A stretch of DNA of 64,000 bases from an uncultured Chloroflexia bacterium (lineage in GTDB: Bacteria > Chloroflexota > Limnocylindria > Limnocylindrales > CSP1-4): positions 1,312,001 through 1,376,000 of the forward strand of contig CAVVJT010000010.1 of assembly GCA_963748625.1 (NCBI GenBank), in the 5' to 3' direction. Both the position numbers and the translations under genes were made by a program. This document shows positions 1 to 15,399 of this stretch, in pieces (the stretch's first letter is position 1; every line of letters begins with the position of its first letter). The notes beneath the pieces were generated by a model. It saw nothing but the letters and a program-made list of their open reading frames with translations, ran no database searches and was not told where the DNA came from.

Positions 1-2
1 CG

Positions 3-3544
<3,542 letters not shown>

Positions 3545-3545
<1 letters not shown>

Positions 3546-5014
3546 TGGGCAAGCCGACCGGTTTCATCGAGATCCAGCGCCGCTCCCAGCCGTCCCGGCC
3601 ACCGCTCGAGCGGATCAAGGACTGGAGCGAGGCCCACCCGCACCTGTCCGACGGCGAGCTGCGGTCCCAGGGCGCCCGCTGCATGGACTGCGGCATCCCC
3701 TACTGCCACACCGGCGAGTTGATCAGTGGCATGGCCTCGGGCTGCCCGATCAACAACCTGATCCCCGAGTGGAACGACCTCGTCTACCGGGGCCAGTGGC
3801 GCGAGGCGGCGATCCGCCTCCACCACACGAACAACTTTCCCGAGTTCACCGGCCGCGTCTGCCCCGCCCCCTGCGAGGGGTCCTGCACCGTCGGCCTGGG
3901 CGGCGAGCCGGTCACGATCAAGACCATCGAGCAGGAGATCGCCGACCGGGCCTGGGACGAGGGCTGGATCACGCCGACGCCGCCGCTCACGCGGACCGGG
4001 AGGACGGTCGCCGTGATCGGCTCGGGGCCCGCGGGCCTTGCCACCGCCGACCAGCTCAACAAGATGGGCCACACCGTGACCGTGTTCGAGCGGGCCGGGC
4101 GCGTCGGCGGGCTGCTGATGTACGGCATCCCGAACATGAAGCTCGACAAGGACGTGGTCGGGCGGCGGGTGGACCTGATGGCCGAGGAGGGCATCGAGTT
4201 CCGCACGGGCATCACGGTGGGTGCGGACGTCACCGCCGACGAGCTGCTCACCGGGTACGACGCGGTCGTGCTGGCCACCGGCGCCACGGTTGCACGGGAC
4301 CTGCAGGTCCCCGGCCGGGAGCTCGGCGGGATCCACCTGGCGATGAGCTTCCTGCGCGGCAACACGCGCCGCCTGCTCGACGGCGGCAGCGGGGCCGAGG
4401 CACCCATCGACGCCGCCGGCAAGGATGTCGTGGTGATCGGCGGCGGCGACACCGGCACGGACTGTGTGGGCACGTCGATCCGCCAGGGCGCCCGGAGCGT
4501 ACGCCAGCTGGAGCTCCTCGCCCGACCACCGCTGGCGCGCGCCGCGGACAACCCGTGGCCCGAGTGGCCCAAGGTCTACAAGATGGACTACGGCCAGGAG
4601 GAGGCGGCGGCACTGTGGGGCGAGGACCCGCGGCGCTACTCCACCACGACGCGCCGCTTCATCGGCAGCAACGAGCGCGTGGCGGCGCTAGAGATCGCCG
4701 ACGTGGCCTGGCAGCCCGGCCCGGACGGACGCGTGGCGATGCGGGAGGTGCCGGGCAGCGCACAGGTGATCCCAGCTGACCTGGTCCTCCTCGCCCTGGG
4801 CTTCACCGGCCCGGAGCCCGCCCTCCCCAAGGCGTTCGAGTGCGAGCTGGATCCGCGCGGCAACGTGCGCACGGGGGCCGACAAGATGACGTCGGTGCCA
4901 GGCGTCTTCGCGGCCGGCGACTGCGTCCGGGGCCAGAGCCTGGTGGTCTGGGCGATTCGCGAGGGTCGTGCGGCCGCCGAGGGCGTGGACCGCTACCTGT
5001 CGCGCGTCGTCTGA
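3545..5014 (+). CDS. gltD: Glutamate synthase small subunit
   Basis: ATG overlaps the gltB stop (TGATG). Motifs MGKPTGF, RCMDCGIPYC, GRVCPAPCE, GSGPAG, GGGDTG and AAGDCVRGQSLVVWAI. Confidence 0.97.
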
Positions 5015-5021
5015 CGCCTGT

Positions 5022-5657
5022 TCAGGCCGCGTCCAGGAACGGTGCGAACCAGCCGAGCATGAGCCGGACCGCCGTCTCGAACTTCACCTCGTCGATCTCG
5101 CCGGTGATGCAGACGTCGTCGAGGAGCGATCCGGCGACGATGGTGGCCGCCCAGGCGACCCGGTAGGCCTCCTCCTCACCGACCTCGGGCCGGCGGGCCT
5201 GGATGACCGCGGCGAAGTCGCGGGCGGCGCGATCGGACCAGGCCCGGTCGATCTCGCCCAGGCGCGGCGTGGCGTCCACCGCCTTGCGCAGCGTGACGCC
5301 CCCAGGCACCTCCACGCGGAAGCGCACGAGCGCCCGCCAGGCGACCGTCAGCCCGAGGCGCCAGTCATCGGCCGTGCGCAGGTCCGCGAAGGCCGTCTCG
5401 AGATACTCGGTCCGCAGCCGCTCGAACCGGTCGAACAGCTCCTGCACGATTGCCCACTTGTCCGGGAAGTAGGCGTACACGGCGGTGATGCTCACGCCCG
5501 CCCGCTGGGCGACCGCGTTCGTGTTGAGGGCGGTCAGGCCGCCTTCCGCGATGAGCTCGGCGGCGGCGGCGCAGATCGCCTCGAACGTCTCGCGTGACCG
5601 GCCTTGCGCCGGAACCCGCCGGCATCGCCGGATCGCGTCATCGCCGGGTCGGGTCAT
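5022..5657 (-). CDS. TetR/AcrR family transcriptional regulator
   Basis: N-terminal HTH: RSRETFEAICAAAAELIAEGG...TNAVAQRAGVSITAVYAYFPDK. Confidence 0.9.
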   Translation of the reverse strand: MTRPGDDAIRRCRRVPAQGRSRETFEAICAAAAELIAEGGLTALNTNAVAQRAGVSITAVYAYFPDKWAIVQELFDRFERLRTEYLETAFADLRTADDWRLGLTVAWRALVRFRVEVPGGVTLRKAVDATPRLGEIDRAWSDRAARDFAAVIQARRPEVGEEEAYRVAWAATIVAGSLLDDVCITGEIDEVKFETAVRLMLGWFAPFLDAA

Positions 5658-5793
5658 CGGGCACCATGTCAGGGAGTTTCCGCATGTGCACAGACAGTAG
5701 CAATTGCTACTATCCTGTGGTACAGCAGTTCCAAGCCTGTTTCCCCGGCCGCCGATGGTGATCCCCCCCTCGCCATCGGCGGCCGTTCCATGT

Positions 5794-6669
5794 CTAGTTG
5801 GCGGTTCCCGCGAGCGCGCGCCGGTCGATCGCGTACGGCGCAAGCCGCCGGGCAAGCAGGTCGACCTCGCGGTCCAGCAGCTCCTGGAGGTCACGCAGAC
5901 GCTCCTCGGCCGACACGGCCTCGAGGAGCGCCTGGCGGCGATCCTGCTCCACCTGCACGATGCCAGTCAGCAGGAAGGAGAGGGCGGACGGGTCGTCGGG
6001 GATCCGGAGTGCCGCCCGCATGGCCTCGGAGTCGTCGAGCGCGATGGGCCGGGGGTCGGGCCGGAGACTGGGCGGGCCATCCCAGGCCCGGGCATCGTCG
6101 TCCCCGTCGGCATCCTCGTCGTCCCGCTCGGCGTCCTCGTCGTCGTCAGCGTCGTCGTCAGCGTCGTCGTCGTCGTCTGCATCCTCCACCTCGACCTCCA
6201 CCTGGACGTCGATGGGCTCGACGAACTCCCCGGCGCGAGGCTGCAGGAGGCGCAGGTAGTCCACGAACTTGCGGGTGACGACGCCCACGAGCATCTCCGC
6301 GGCATCCTCGTCCCCGATCTCGTCGGGCAGGAGATCCGCCTCGGCGACCAGGTAGGGCTCGGCACCGGCCAGCACCTCGTGGATCACGAACCGCGACCGG
6401 CCGACGCAGAGGATGTCCCAGCGACCATCAGCGTGGCGCGATGCCTCGTGGATCTCGGCGAGCGTGCCCACACCCGCGATCGCAAGCTCCGCTGTCGTGC
6501 CATCGGCAGGGGCGACCTCGCTGCCCTCGCGGATCAGCACCACCCCGAACGGCGTGGAGGTGTCGAGGCAGCGCCGGACCAGCAACCGGTAGCGCTCCTC
6601 GAAGATGTGGAGCGGCAGGGCGATCCCGGGTGCCAGGACCGTGTGCAGGGGGAAGAGCGGGATGTGCAT
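5794..6669 (-). CDS. LON peptidase substrate-binding (Lon N-terminal) domain protein with acidic insert
   Basis: IPLFPLHTVLAPGIALPLHIFEERYR, FGVVLIREG and RQALLEA..AEERL; internal Asp/Glu tract. Confidence 0.88.
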   Translation of the reverse strand: MHIPLFPLHTVLAPGIALPLHIFEERYRLLVRRCLDTSTPFGVVLIREGSEVAPADGTTAELAIAGVGTLAEIHEASRHADGRWDILCVGRSRFVIHEVLAGAEPYLVAEADLLPDEIGDEDAAEMLVGVVTRKFVDYLRLLQPRAGEFVEPIDVQVEVEVEDADDDDDADDDADDDEDAERDDEDADGDDDARAWDGPPSLRPDPRPIALDDSEAMRAALRIPDDPSALSFLLTGIVQVEQDRRQALLEAVSAEERLRDLQELLDREVDLLARRLAPYAIDRRALAGTAN

Positions 6670-6695
6670 CGGATCGATGATCACCCGGAGACGGC

Positions 6696-6720
6696 GAAGC
6701 CGCCGGCGGCCGGCGGCTTC
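6696..6720 (-). terminator. GC-rich hairpin downstream of the erpA-like gene, possible intrinsic terminator
   Basis: gaagccgccgg-cgg-ccggcggcttc is a perfect 11-bp stem about 35 bp after the stop; the U-tract is weak. Confidence 0.45.
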
Positions 6721-6756
6721 AGGGGATGGCGCATGCCGGTCGGACCGGCCGGCGGG

Positions 6757-7137
6757 TCAGTGCGAGCAGGAGCGGGGCGTGCCCGACTCGTCCGCTGTGC
6801 GGAAGCTGGAGCCGCAGCCGCAGCCCGACACGGCGTTGGGGTTGTTCACCGTGAAGCCGGCGCCCATCAACGTGTCCACGTAGTCGATCTGGCTGCCCTT
6901 GATGAGCGGCACGCTGTTGGTGTCGATGTAGACGCGGACGCCATTTGCCTCAAGGACGTTGTCGTCCGCGGTGGGCTGGTCCTCGAGCATCATCCCGTAG
7001 CGGTAGCCGGAGCAGCCGCCAGAGTAGACATAGACCCGCAGGCCGATCTCCGGGCTCGTCTCTTCCTTCGTCAGCTCGGCCAGCTTGGTGGCGGCGGCAT
7101 CGGTAAGCGAGACGACGGACGTGGTGGTGTCGAGCAT
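6757..7137 (-). CDS. erpA: Iron-sulfur cluster insertion protein, HesB/IscA/ErpA family
   Basis: GGCSGYRY and NPNAVSGCGCGSSF motifs. Confidence 0.9.
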   Translation of the reverse strand: MLDTTTSVVSLTDAAATKLAELTKEETSPEIGLRVYVYSGGCSGYRYGMMLEDQPTADDNVLEANGVRVYIDTNSVPLIKGSQIDYVDTLMGAGFTVNNPNAVSGCGCGSSFRTADESGTPRSCSH

Positions 7138-7340
7138 GGGACGGGTCTCCTTCGGGTCGCTGGCCCGGCGCCGGCCCACGGCGCGACGGGCTTGGGGGAT
7201 CGTACGCAGCGCAATGGATTTCGTCTACTGGTCCGCCGAATCGCCAGGTCGGGTCAGTCCTCGACGCAGCCAGGGGGGCGTTGCCTGGCAGGTGGCTCCG
7301 CCGGCAGGAGGCCGGCCATCGTCACCGCCGGGAGCCCGGC

Positions 7341-8582
7341 TCAGCCCGCCGGACGGCCCAGCCAGAGGACCGACCCGCCCTCGCGCGTGGTCCCGATGAT
7401 CAGCGGGGTCGACCCGACCGTGGTGACCCGCTGGAAGCCGAACTTCGGTGATCCTGTGTCGATGCCGGGCGCAACCCTGACGATGGGCTCGTCGAGCAGC
7501 TTCCATGCGCTGGCATCCGAGGCCTGCCACACGGCCCCCGCCTGGGCCATGCCGTGCCCGCCCTCGGGCATCGCAACGTCGGGATCCAGGCCCCAGTACG
7601 AGCCGACCGCCAGCAGTCCCGAAGGCGCCTTCGCCACATCCCACATCACCCCGCCCTGGATCGCGCCCTCGTTTGTCACCGGGGTTGCGCCCGGATAGGG
7701 CCACGGGGTCATGTCGGCCGTTGGCTCCATACGCGTCCAAGCCCGTCCGTCCTTGCTGGTCCACGCAAGCGGCGACAACGCGGCACCCATCCCGCCGATC
7801 GTGCCCTGATAGCCCACAGCGGTGAAGCCATCGTCGGTCGCCACCACGGCCTGCGGCTCGGCGAGGGCCCGGGTCCCGTCGTCGGGGATCGCCTCCCACG
7901 CCTTGCCGTCCGGCGAGAACCAGAACGCCGCCTTGGTCAGGTCGTTGGCCGGGACGGTGTCGGCACCGACCATCACGTACCCGGACGTCCCTGACGCCAC
8001 GCCGCGTGCACCGCCTCCGACCAGGGCATCGCCCGTCCGGACCCAGTCCAGGCCGTCGGCGGACCACCAGGCCATCGGGTGCTGTCCCTGCGCGCCTGAC
8101 TCCGTGCCGACCGCAACGACCCCGCTCGGCCCGGCGGTCATCTGGTCGATGGAGGTGCCCGTGTAGCCGCCTGCCCCCCTGAGATCCGGGTCCCCCGACC
8201 TGGCCCATGACGTGCCATCGGTGCTGACCCACGTTTCGGTCTGGTCGCCGCTGGAGCCCGACGCGACGAGGAATCCCGGTGTCGCGACGATGTCCCAGCC
8301 GTAGCCCGGATCCGCCTCCGGCAACTCCGACGAGGACCAGGTGCGGCCGTCGGGAGAGATCCAGGCGCGGCCGAACCCGACTCCCACGTACGCCCCGTCC
8401 CACCCGATGACGGCCCGGGGCCCGGCCTCGGAAGCCGGGTCGGGGTCGACGGCCTCCCAGATCCACGCCGCGTCCGCCGGGTCGGCCGTCGCCCCGGCGC
8501 CGGCTCCGGGCGAGCAGGCGGCACCGGCAAGCGCTGCGGACAGGATGGCCACGACCAGCCCCCGGGAGCACACGATGCGCAT
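7341..8582 (-). CDS. Secreted lipoprotein with repeated W-x-S-x-D-G-x-x-W (Asp-box/BNR-like) motifs
   Basis: Hydrophobic leader ending LAGAAC; repeats WISPDGRTW, WVSTDGTSW, WWSADGLDW, WFSPDGKAW and WTSKDGRAW. Confidence 0.75.
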   Translation of the reverse strand: MRIVCSRGLVVAILSAALAGAACSPGAGAGATADPADAAWIWEAVDPDPASEAGPRAVIGWDGAYVGVGFGRAWISPDGRTWSSSELPEADPGYGWDIVATPGFLVASGSSGDQTETWVSTDGTSWARSGDPDLRGAGGYTGTSIDQMTAGPSGVVAVGTESGAQGQHPMAWWSADGLDWVRTGDALVGGGARGVASGTSGYVMVGADTVPANDLTKAAFWFSPDGKAWEAIPDDGTRALAEPQAVVATDDGFTAVGYQGTIGGMGAALSPLAWTSKDGRAWTRMEPTADMTPWPYPGATPVTNEGAIQGGVMWDVAKAPSGLLAVGSYWGLDPDVAMPEGGHGMAQAGAVWQASDASAWKLLDEPIVRVAPGIDTGSPKFGFQRVTTVGSTPLIIGTTREGGSVLWLGRPAG

Positions 8583-8669
8583 CGGCGACCTCCGAACGGA
8601 TCGTTGGCTCGCGGGGAGTCGGGTGCCAGTGCCGTGTCTACCTTCTCCGGCGGGCCGCACCCGTTCGGG

Positions 8670-9920
8670 TCAGTCCTCGACGCGCTCCACGATGGTGGCG
8701 ATCCCCTGGCCTACGCCGATGCACATCGCCGCCAAGCCGTACCGGCCACCGGTGCGCGCCAGCTCGTGGACGAGCATCGTCATGAGCCTGGCACCCGATG
8801 CCCCGAGCGGATGGCCGAGCGCGATCGCCCCGCCATTGGGGTTGACGCGCGCGGGGTCAAGGTCCAGCTCGTCCATGCAGGCGACCGACTGGGAGGCGAA
8901 GGCCTCGTTGAGCTCCACGACATCGAGGTCGGCGGCGGTCAAGCCCGCGCGCTCGAGCGCCTTGCGTACGGCCGGCACGGGCCCGATGCCCATGACGTCG
9001 GGGTGGACGCCCGCAACTGCGGTAGCAACGATCCGGGCCATCGGCGAGAGGCCAAGCGAGCGCGCGCGGTCCGCGTCCACGAGCAGGAGGGCAGCGGCCC
9101 CGTCGTTGATGCCGGAGCTGTTGCCGGCCGTCACGGTCCCGCCAGCCCTGAAGGCGGGCTTGAGGGCCGCGAGCGCCTCGGCAGTGGTGTCGGCTCGGGG
9201 GTGCTCGTCTCGGTCCACGATCGTCACAGCCCCCTTGCGGCCGGGCACCGAGACCGGCACAAGCTGCGCGTCGAACCGGCCCGCCTCGATCGCCGCGAGC
9301 GCGCGCCGCTGTGACTCCAGCGCGAAGGCGTCCTGGCGCTCCCGAGGGACGGCGTACTGGTCGGCCACGCACTCCGCGGTCTCGCCCAGTGAGATCGGCG
9401 GGTACGCGGCCTTCATCTGGGGGTTCACGAAGCGCCAGCCGAGCGTCGAGTCCTCCATCGTCCGCGCGCCGCGGTCGTACGGGCCCTCGGCCTTGAGCAT
9501 CACGTAGGGCGCCCGCGTCATCGACTCCACGCCGCCGGCGATGAACACGTCGCCGTCACCCGCGCCGATCGCGTGCGCGGCGGAGTTCACGGCCTGCAGC
9601 CCGGAGCCGCACAGGCGGTTCACGGTCTGGCCGCCGACCTCCACCGGAAGGCCGGCCAGGAGCGCCGCCATGCGGGCCACGTTGCGGTTGTCCTCGCCCG
9701 CCTGGTTGGCACAGCCGAGGATCACGTCCTCGATCACGGCCGGGTCGATCCCGGTCCGGTCCACCAGGGCGCGCAGCACGACGGCGGCGAGGTCGTCGGG
9801 GCGCACGGAGGCGAGCGCCCCGCCGTAGCGCCCGATGGGCGTGCGCACGGCGTCGATGATCCAGGCGTGGCGGAGGGTACGGGCGTCTGATCGGGACATC
9901 TGTCCGATTGTAGTTGCCAT
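8670..9920 (-). CDS. Thiolase / acetyl-CoA C-acyltransferase (PcaF/PaaJ-like)
   Basis: [45 protein letters not shown] and CIGVGQG. Start is 9920 or 9899. Confidence 0.93.
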   Translation of the reverse strand: MATTIGQMSRSDARTLRHAWIIDAVRTPIGRYGGALASVRPDDLAAVVLRALVDRTGIDPAVIEDVILGCANQAGEDNRNVARMAALLAGLPVEVGGQTVNRLCGSGLQAVNSAAHAIGAGDGDVFIAGGVESMTRAPYVMLKAEGPYDRGARTMEDSTLGWRFVNPQMKAAYPPISLGETAECVADQYAVPRERQDAFALESQRRALAAIEAGRFDAQLVPVSVPGRKGAVTIVDRDEHPRADTTAEALAALKPAFRAGGTVTAGNSSGINDGAAALLLVDADRARSLGLSPMARIVATAVAGVHPDVMGIGPVPAVRKALERAGLTAADLDVVELNEAFASQSVACMDELDLDPARVNPNGGAIALGHPLGASGARLMTMLVHELARTGGRYGLAAMCIGVGQGIATIVERVED

Positions 9921-10052
9921 GGCCCCGTCGGTTACACTGCGGTTGGAACCCGCAGCCCGGGGGCTTGCGCGGGTACCGCAGTCGTCGGCGCGCGCCCATC
10001 GGGCGTACCGGCAGCCGGCGGCCGAGCCGTCAAGCCCCCGTGTCTCCGCGCC

Positions 10053-10878
10053 GTGCGCGTGGTCAGTGCGAGAGGGGCGTCGGGGGACGTGCGTCCCAAG
10101 GGACAGTCCAGGATCGTCGCGGTCTGCGTGTGTATCGCGCTGGCCGTCGCGGCGATCGCCTGCCAGCCCGCCACGCGCCCAGGCTCCACGACGCGCGAGC
10201 AGACCACCGACGAGCTGCGGCTCGCGCTCGCCACCGTGCCCGGCCCGCCCGGTGCCACCCTCGCGCCCGGCGGCGGTGGTCTCGACCACGGCGAACCCTT
10301 CGTCGAGTACAGCTCCATGCTTGCCCCGGCGGCCGTGATGACGGAGTACGACCGTGCCCTCCGCGACGCTGGGTTCACGCCGGTCGGCCACCAGGAGACC
10401 TGGCAGGGCTACCGGCGGGGCGGACACGTGTACTGGATCTCCGTCTCCCGCACCGGTCCGCCCACCACGGTCCTCGTGCGCGTGGCGGGCGATCCGATCA
10501 CGGCAGCCGCGGACGCCAGCCTCCCGCCCGGCTTCGAGGCGGCCACGGACCTGCTGCTGCCGGCGACGCCCGAGCCTGCCACCCGGCCGGGATCCAGGCC
10601 CCTGGGCACCAACCCGGGCAACGGTGTGAGCGGGAACCCGGGCAACGGCACCGCAACAGACCAGCCCGGCAATGGCAACGGCAAGCCGGATCGCACCGCC
10701 AAGCCCACGCCGGATCGCACCGCCAAGCCCACGCCGGATCGCACCGCCAAGCCCAAGCCCACGCGCCAAGCCCAAGCCCACGGCCAAGCCCAAGCCCACG
10801 GCCAAGCCCAGGCCCACGGCCAAGCCCAAACCCACCCAGAAGCCGAGACCTACCCCCAAGCCGAAGGATGGCGGATGA
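10053..10878 (+). CDS. Lipoprotein with Pro/Lys/Thr-rich C-terminal tail (frameshifted at about 10764; start uncertain)
   Basis: Lipobox-like AAIAC and KPTPDRTA repeats. An extra C at 10764 (acgCgcc versus the repeat unit acggcc) shifts the frame. The corrected frame reads AKPKPT repeats and ends KPKDGG-TGA at 10878, overlapping the next ATG. Confidence 0.6.
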
Positions 10879-11582
10879 CGGAACCCGTGCGGCTCCTCCT
10901 TGTCGATGACGATCTCCGGCTGGTCGGGTTCCTGCGGGACCGCCTGGTCGCCGACGGCTTTGATGTCACCACCGCGTCCCGCGGGCGTGATGCCCTCGCG
11001 GCCGTGGACCGCCGGTGGCCGGACCTGATCGTGCTCGACATGATGCTCCCGGACATGACCGGTGAGCGGGTGGCGACCGAGGTCAAGCGGCGCGCGGACC
11101 TGCCGATCATCGTGCTGTCGGCCGTGTCCGAGGTCGGGACGAAGACCACCATGATCAGCGACTACGCGGAGGACTACCTCACCAAGCCGTTCCACTACCC
11201 GGAGCTGCGGGCGCGGATCGAGCGGGTGCTGCGGCGCTTGGAGGACCGTATCCCCGTGCAGCAGGTGGACATCGGCGATGGCCTCACCCTGGACCTGCGG
11301 CGCCGGGAGGCCACCGTGGACGGCACGCCCATCTCGCTCACGCCCACCGAGACGCGGCTCCTGAGCGCCCTCGCGTCGGTTCCCGGACGGACGCTCTCCA
11401 CCGAGCAGCTCCTGTCCCGCGTCTGGACCGACACGGACGGCGCTGACCCGGTCTACGTGTGGGTGACCGTGCGCCGCCTGCGCCAGAAGCTGGAGCCCGA
11501 CGCGTCCAGCCCGCGGTTCCTTCTGACGGTGAAGGGCGGGGGGTACCGGCTCGGGAACCCTGAGGCCGGGCAGGAGGGATGA
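10875..11582 (+). CDS. OmpR/KdpE-family response regulator
   Basis: [25 protein letters not shown] and winged helix LTPTETRLL...[11 protein letters not shown]...GGGYRL. Confidence 0.93.
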   Translation: MTEPVRLLLVDDDLRLVGFLRDRLVADGFDVTTASRGRDALAAVDRRWPDLIVLDMMLPDMTGERVATEVKRRADLPIIVLSAVSEVGTKTTMISDYAEDYLTKPFHYPELRARIERVLRRLEDRIPVQQVDIGDGLTLDLRRREATVDGTPISLTPTETRLLSALASVPGRTLSTEQLLSRVWTDTDGADPVYVWVTVRRLRQKLEPDASSPRFLLTVKGGGYRLGNPEAGQEG

Positions 11583-13768
11583 CGTCCCGGCGCCGGGTCG
11601 GCGTGCCCGGCGTCAGGCTCGGGTTCTCGGGCCTGGTCGCGCTGAGCCTCCTGGTCGCTGCCATCGCGCCCGTGGCGTTTCTGGGCGTGCTGGTCGGCGA
11701 GCTCACCGGGCAGGCGGCCACCAGCGATGCGGCAGAGCGGGCAAAGCGGGCGTCGGACACCGCAGCCGCCGTGGCGCAGCGGGAGGCGGCGGACCTCGAC
11801 AACCTGGTGCGCGACTACACGCAGTGGCAGGCCTTCGCATCCCAGCTGGAGACCGGGGACCTTGAACCCGTGCGGACCGACGTCCTGGAGTTCCTCGTGG
11901 AGCGTGGGGCAATCGCCGCGGGCGTGGTCGCCACTGACGCCGGGCAGGTGACGGCGGGCGATCCGGCCGTCGTGGAGGCGCTCGTCAACGCCCTCGGGCG
12001 CCCCGGTGACGATCCGTTCACGATCACGGTGGACGGGCGGGTGTACCTGGCCGACAACGATCCGGTACCCGCGGCCGACGGCGGCGAAGGTCGCCTTGGC
12101 GAGCTCGTGCTCGCGTCGGCGCTCGACGCGCGCTTCGCCGCCCGGGTCGAGGACCTGACCGGGTTCTCCAGTGCCGTGCTTGACGGCAGCGGCGAGGTGT
12201 CGGTCGCCACGGACGCGGAGCTGGCGGCGCAGGCACTCGAGGTGACGGCCGGCGCCAGCACCACGGCGGTCGTCAAGGAGGGCGACCTGGTGGCGACGCG
12301 TGTGCCCCTGGTGGCCGGCGCGGATGATGCGCACGTGCTGCTGGCCACGAAGCTCGGCTCCCTGCAGGTGACACTCGTGGCCCTGCCCGCGGTCGTCCGG
12401 GCGCTGCTGCTCGCGGCCACAGCGTTCGCCCTGCTCGTGGCTGCCCTGCTCGCGCGCGTGCTCGGTCATCGCCTGCGGTTCGTGACCGAGGGTCTCGCGG
12501 CGATGGCGGACGGACGCGTGCCGCCCCCGGTGGCGGACGCCGGCGGCGACGACATCGGCCGCGTTGCAGCCGGCATGGACCGCCTCGTCAGGACGCTCGA
12601 CCGGCGCGAGACCACCCTGCGCCACTGCCTGGCCGCCGCGTCCGCCGTCCCGATCAATCTCACGCCGCACGAGGCGGCAGCCAAGCTCACGGCGGCCACT
12701 GTCCGCATCTTCGACGTGGCCTGGTGCCGTCTCGAGGAGGCTGACGGAACCGCAATCACCGCCACTGCCCCGACCGCCACCGCCTCGGCGGCGGCCACCG
12801 GGGAACAGGTCGCCGACGCGCCGATGGGCCTTGGCGCGGACGGACGCCGGCTCGTCGTGGGGATTCCGGCAGCCCGAGCCTGGACCGATGGCGACCTCGC
12901 CTCGCTCGAGGTCATGGCCCTGCTGGTGGGCGGGGTACTCCTGGAGGCCGACGCATATGCCCGCGCCGCGGGCCGCGCCGACCGTCTCGACCGCCTCAAC
13001 CGGCTGCAGAAGGAGTTCCTGCGCTCCATCAGTCACAACCTGCGCGCGCCGCTCGCCACGATCGAGCTCGCGGCTTCGGATATCAGCGAAACGGCGACGG
13101 ACCCGTTCGTCCGGGATCGGGCGGTGGCAATCCGGGCCGAGGAGCGGCGCCTGGCCCGCCTTGTGACGCAGGTGCTCACCCTCAGCAGGATCGAGACAGG
13201 CACCCTCCAGCTCGACGGCGAGCCGATCGCCCTCGCGCCCGTCGCCCGCCGGATCGCGGAGGAGCTCGCGGTCATCGGGCGTGTCGAGATCACCGATCTC
13301 GCCCACGGCGCCGTCGCCTTCGCCGACGTGGGGGCCGTGGAGCAGATCGCCTGGATCCTGCTCGACAACGCCGCCCACTACGCGCCGACCGGTCCCATCC
13401 GGGTCACGATCGAGACGGTCAGGGAGGCCGGAGAAGGGGGCCTCCTCCTGCGCATGACCGTGGAGGACGAGGGTCCGGGTATCGCCCCCGAGGACCGGCG
13501 CCGGATCTTCCAGCGGTTCGTGCGCGGCGGCGCATCGAGAGGCACCGAGGGGACAGGCCTCGGGCTCAGCGTGGCACGGAGCCTGGCCCGCGCGCTGGGC
13601 GGGGACCTGGTGAACCGCCCCGCGCAGGGTGCGCGCTTCGAGCTGACGCTCCCGGCAGAGGGGCCCGAGGGCTTCGAAGGCTACGGAGGACCCGCCCACC
13701 CCGGCGAGCCCGAGGGCCCCGGCGAGCCCGAGGGCCCCGGCCGCCCCGGCGAGGCACACCAAGCCTGA
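11579..13768 (+). CDS. Membrane sensor histidine kinase (extracellular sensor, HAMP, HisKA, HATPase)
   Basis: Two TM segments; H-box [22 protein letters not shown] and GTGLGL. Confidence 0.93.
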   Translation: MTSRRRVGVPGVRLGFSGLVALSLLVAAIAPVAFLGVLVGELTGQAATSDAAERAKRASDTAAAVAQREAADLDNLVRDYTQWQAFASQLETGDLEPVRTDVLEFLVERGAIAAGVVATDAGQVTAGDPAVVEALVNALGRPGDDPFTITVDGRVYLADNDPVPAADGGEGRLGELVLASALDARFAARVEDLTGFSSAVLDGSGEVSVATDAELAAQALEVTAGASTTAVVKEGDLVATRVPLVAGADDAHVLLATKLGSLQVTLVALPAVVRALLLAATAFALLVAALLARVLGHRLRFVTEGLAAMADGRVPPPVADAGGDDIGRVAAGMDRLVRTLDRRETTLRHCLAAASAVPINLTPHEAAAKLTAATVRIFDVAWCRLEEADGTAITATAPTATASAAATGEQVADAPMGLGADGRRLVVGIPAARAWTDGDLASLEVMALLVGGVLLEADAYARAAGRADRLDRLNRLQKEFLRSISHNLRAPLATIELAASDISETATDPFVRDRAVAIRAEERRLARLVTQVLTLSRIETGTLQLDGEPIALAPVARRIAEELAVIGRVEITDLAHGAVAFADVGAVEQIAWILLDNAAHYAPTGPIRVTIETVREAGEGGLLLRMTVEDEGPGIAPEDRRRIFQRFVRGGASRGTEGTGLGLSVARSLARALGGDLVNRPAQGARFELTLPAEGPEGFEGYGGPAHPGEPEGPGEPEGPGRPGEAHQA

Positions 13769-13883
13769 CGATCAGCGAACAGATGGAGCACGCGGCCTTT
13801 AGGCCGCTTGCGGGGCGTGGGCCGGGCCGGGCGGCGGCGCGACAGGCCGGACGGCGGCGCGACAGGCCAGCGGCACGGTGCCC

Positions 13884-14705
13884 TCAGCGATGGCGCCACT
13901 CTGGCGGCCGCTTCTCCAGGAAGGCGGCCATGCCCTCCGCCTGGTCCTCAGTCTCGAAGAGTGCCTCGAACCGGTCGCGCTCATAGCGGATCCCCTCGCG
14001 CAGGGGCAGCTGCTGGGCCGCCACCACCGACGCCTTGGCCGCCTCGACGGCCGCGCGGGGCATCTGTGCGACCACACCAGCCAGCTCCAGCGCACGGGCG
14101 AGCGTGCCGTCGGACGGCGCCACCACCTCGGTCACGAGCCCGAGGGCGTCCGCCTCGCGGGCGCCGATCCGCCGCCCGGTGAGGACCAGCTCCATCGCCT
14201 TGGCCTTGCCGATCGCACGCGCGAGGCGCTGCGTCCCACCCGCTCCCGGGATCACGCCGATACGGATCTCCGGCTGGCCGAAGGACGCGTCCTCGCCGGC
14301 GACCAGCATGTCGCAGGCCATGGCGAGCTCCGCCCCACCACCCAGCGCAAACCCGCGAACGGCGGCGATCACCGGCGAGCGCAACGCACCGATGTGGTCC
14401 AGCACACGGAACGGATCCTCGGCCCGCAGTGAGCCCTCCGACTCGGACGCGAGGTCCGCGATGTCCGCGCCCGCCGCGAACGCGCGCTCGCCTGCCCCGG
14501 TGATGACGATGGCGCGACATGCAGGGTCGGCATCGAGCACGCCCAGGACGTCATCGAGCTGGCCGAGCATCGCGAACGAGAGGGCGTTGAGCGCCTTCGG
14601 ACGATCCAGGACGACCAGCGCGACGTTCTCGAGCGGCCCATAACCTGCAGGGAAGTCCACGCGCACGAGCGAGGGCGCCTGGTCGAGGGCACGATCATCG
14701 GTCAT
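13884..14705 (-). CDS. Enoyl-CoA hydratase/isomerase
   Basis: RPKALNAL, AFAAGADI, GGGAELAMACD and FGQPEIRIGVIPGAGGTQRL. Confidence 0.93.
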   Translation of the reverse strand: MTDDRALDQAPSLVRVDFPAGYGPLENVALVVLDRPKALNALSFAMLGQLDDVLGVLDADPACRAIVITGAGERAFAAGADIADLASESEGSLRAEDPFRVLDHIGALRSPVIAAVRGFALGGGAELAMACDMLVAGEDASFGQPEIRIGVIPGAGGTQRLARAIGKAKAMELVLTGRRIGAREADALGLVTEVVAPSDGTLARALELAGVVAQMPRAAVEAAKASVVAAQQLPLREGIRYERDRFEALFETEDQAEGMAAFLEKRPPEWRHR

Positions 14706-14722
14706 GGGGACCTCCTCGCCGG

Positions 14723-15271
14723 TCAGCCCTCGGGCGACTCGGGCTTGCCGACGACCCGGGACGTGGTCGCACGCTGGATTTGCAGGTAGCGCTTGCGGTG
14801 GTACAGGAGCGGGGGCGCCTCGGGCTCCTCGAGCGTGCAGGCCTCCACGCGCCCCACGAACAGGAAGTGGTCGCCCACCTCGAACCGCTTGAGCACGGCG
14901 CACTCGAGCGACGCGATGGCCCCCGCGATCAGCGGCAGCCCGGTCATGCCCGGATGCCACGGGGCACCGCAGAAGGCATCGCGGCTGGGCGTGACGTTGG
15001 CGCCCGCGAAGCAGTCCGAGAGCCACTGCTGGTCCTCGGCGAGGATGTTCACCGCGTAGCGGTGCGACGCGTCGATGGCCGGGACGATGAACCGCTTGCG
15101 GTCCAGCGCGATCATCACGATCGGCGGGTCCAGGCTGACCGAGGTCAGCGCGTTGACCGTGATGCCCTGGGGGGCGGTGCCGTCGAGGGTGGTCACCACG
15201 GTGACCCCCGTGGCGAACTGGCCAATGGCGGTACGGAAGTCGGCGAGCGGGACGTTCACGCCCGGAAGCAT
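14723..15271 (-). CDS. Flavin reductase family protein
   Basis: FRTAIGQFATGVTVVTT, SVSLDPP and GDHFLFVGRV. Confidence 0.9.
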   Translation of the reverse strand: MLPGVNVPLADFRTAIGQFATGVTVVTTLDGTAPQGITVNALTSVSLDPPIVMIALDRKRFIVPAIDASHRYAVNILAEDQQWLSDCFAGANVTPSRDAFCGAPWHPGMTGLPLIAGAIASLECAVLKRFEVGDHFLFVGRVEACTLEEPEAPPLLYHRKRYLQIQRATTSRVVGKPESPEG

Positions 15272-15399
15272 ACGCGGCGTGGCGGCGCGTGCCAGACGGT
15301 CCGTCCCTGCCCGACGGTCTGTCCCTGCCCGACGGTCCGGGGCCATGCGGGCCATCCGGCCCGTCCCGCGCGGGCAGACAGCGCACTACCATCCGCGCC

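Noticed and set aside
10053-11582. Apparent 509-aa lipoprotein-response regulator fusion
   Set aside because: It is caused by one extra C at 10764 in a tandem repeat. The corrected frame stops at 10878, overlapping the regulator's ATG.
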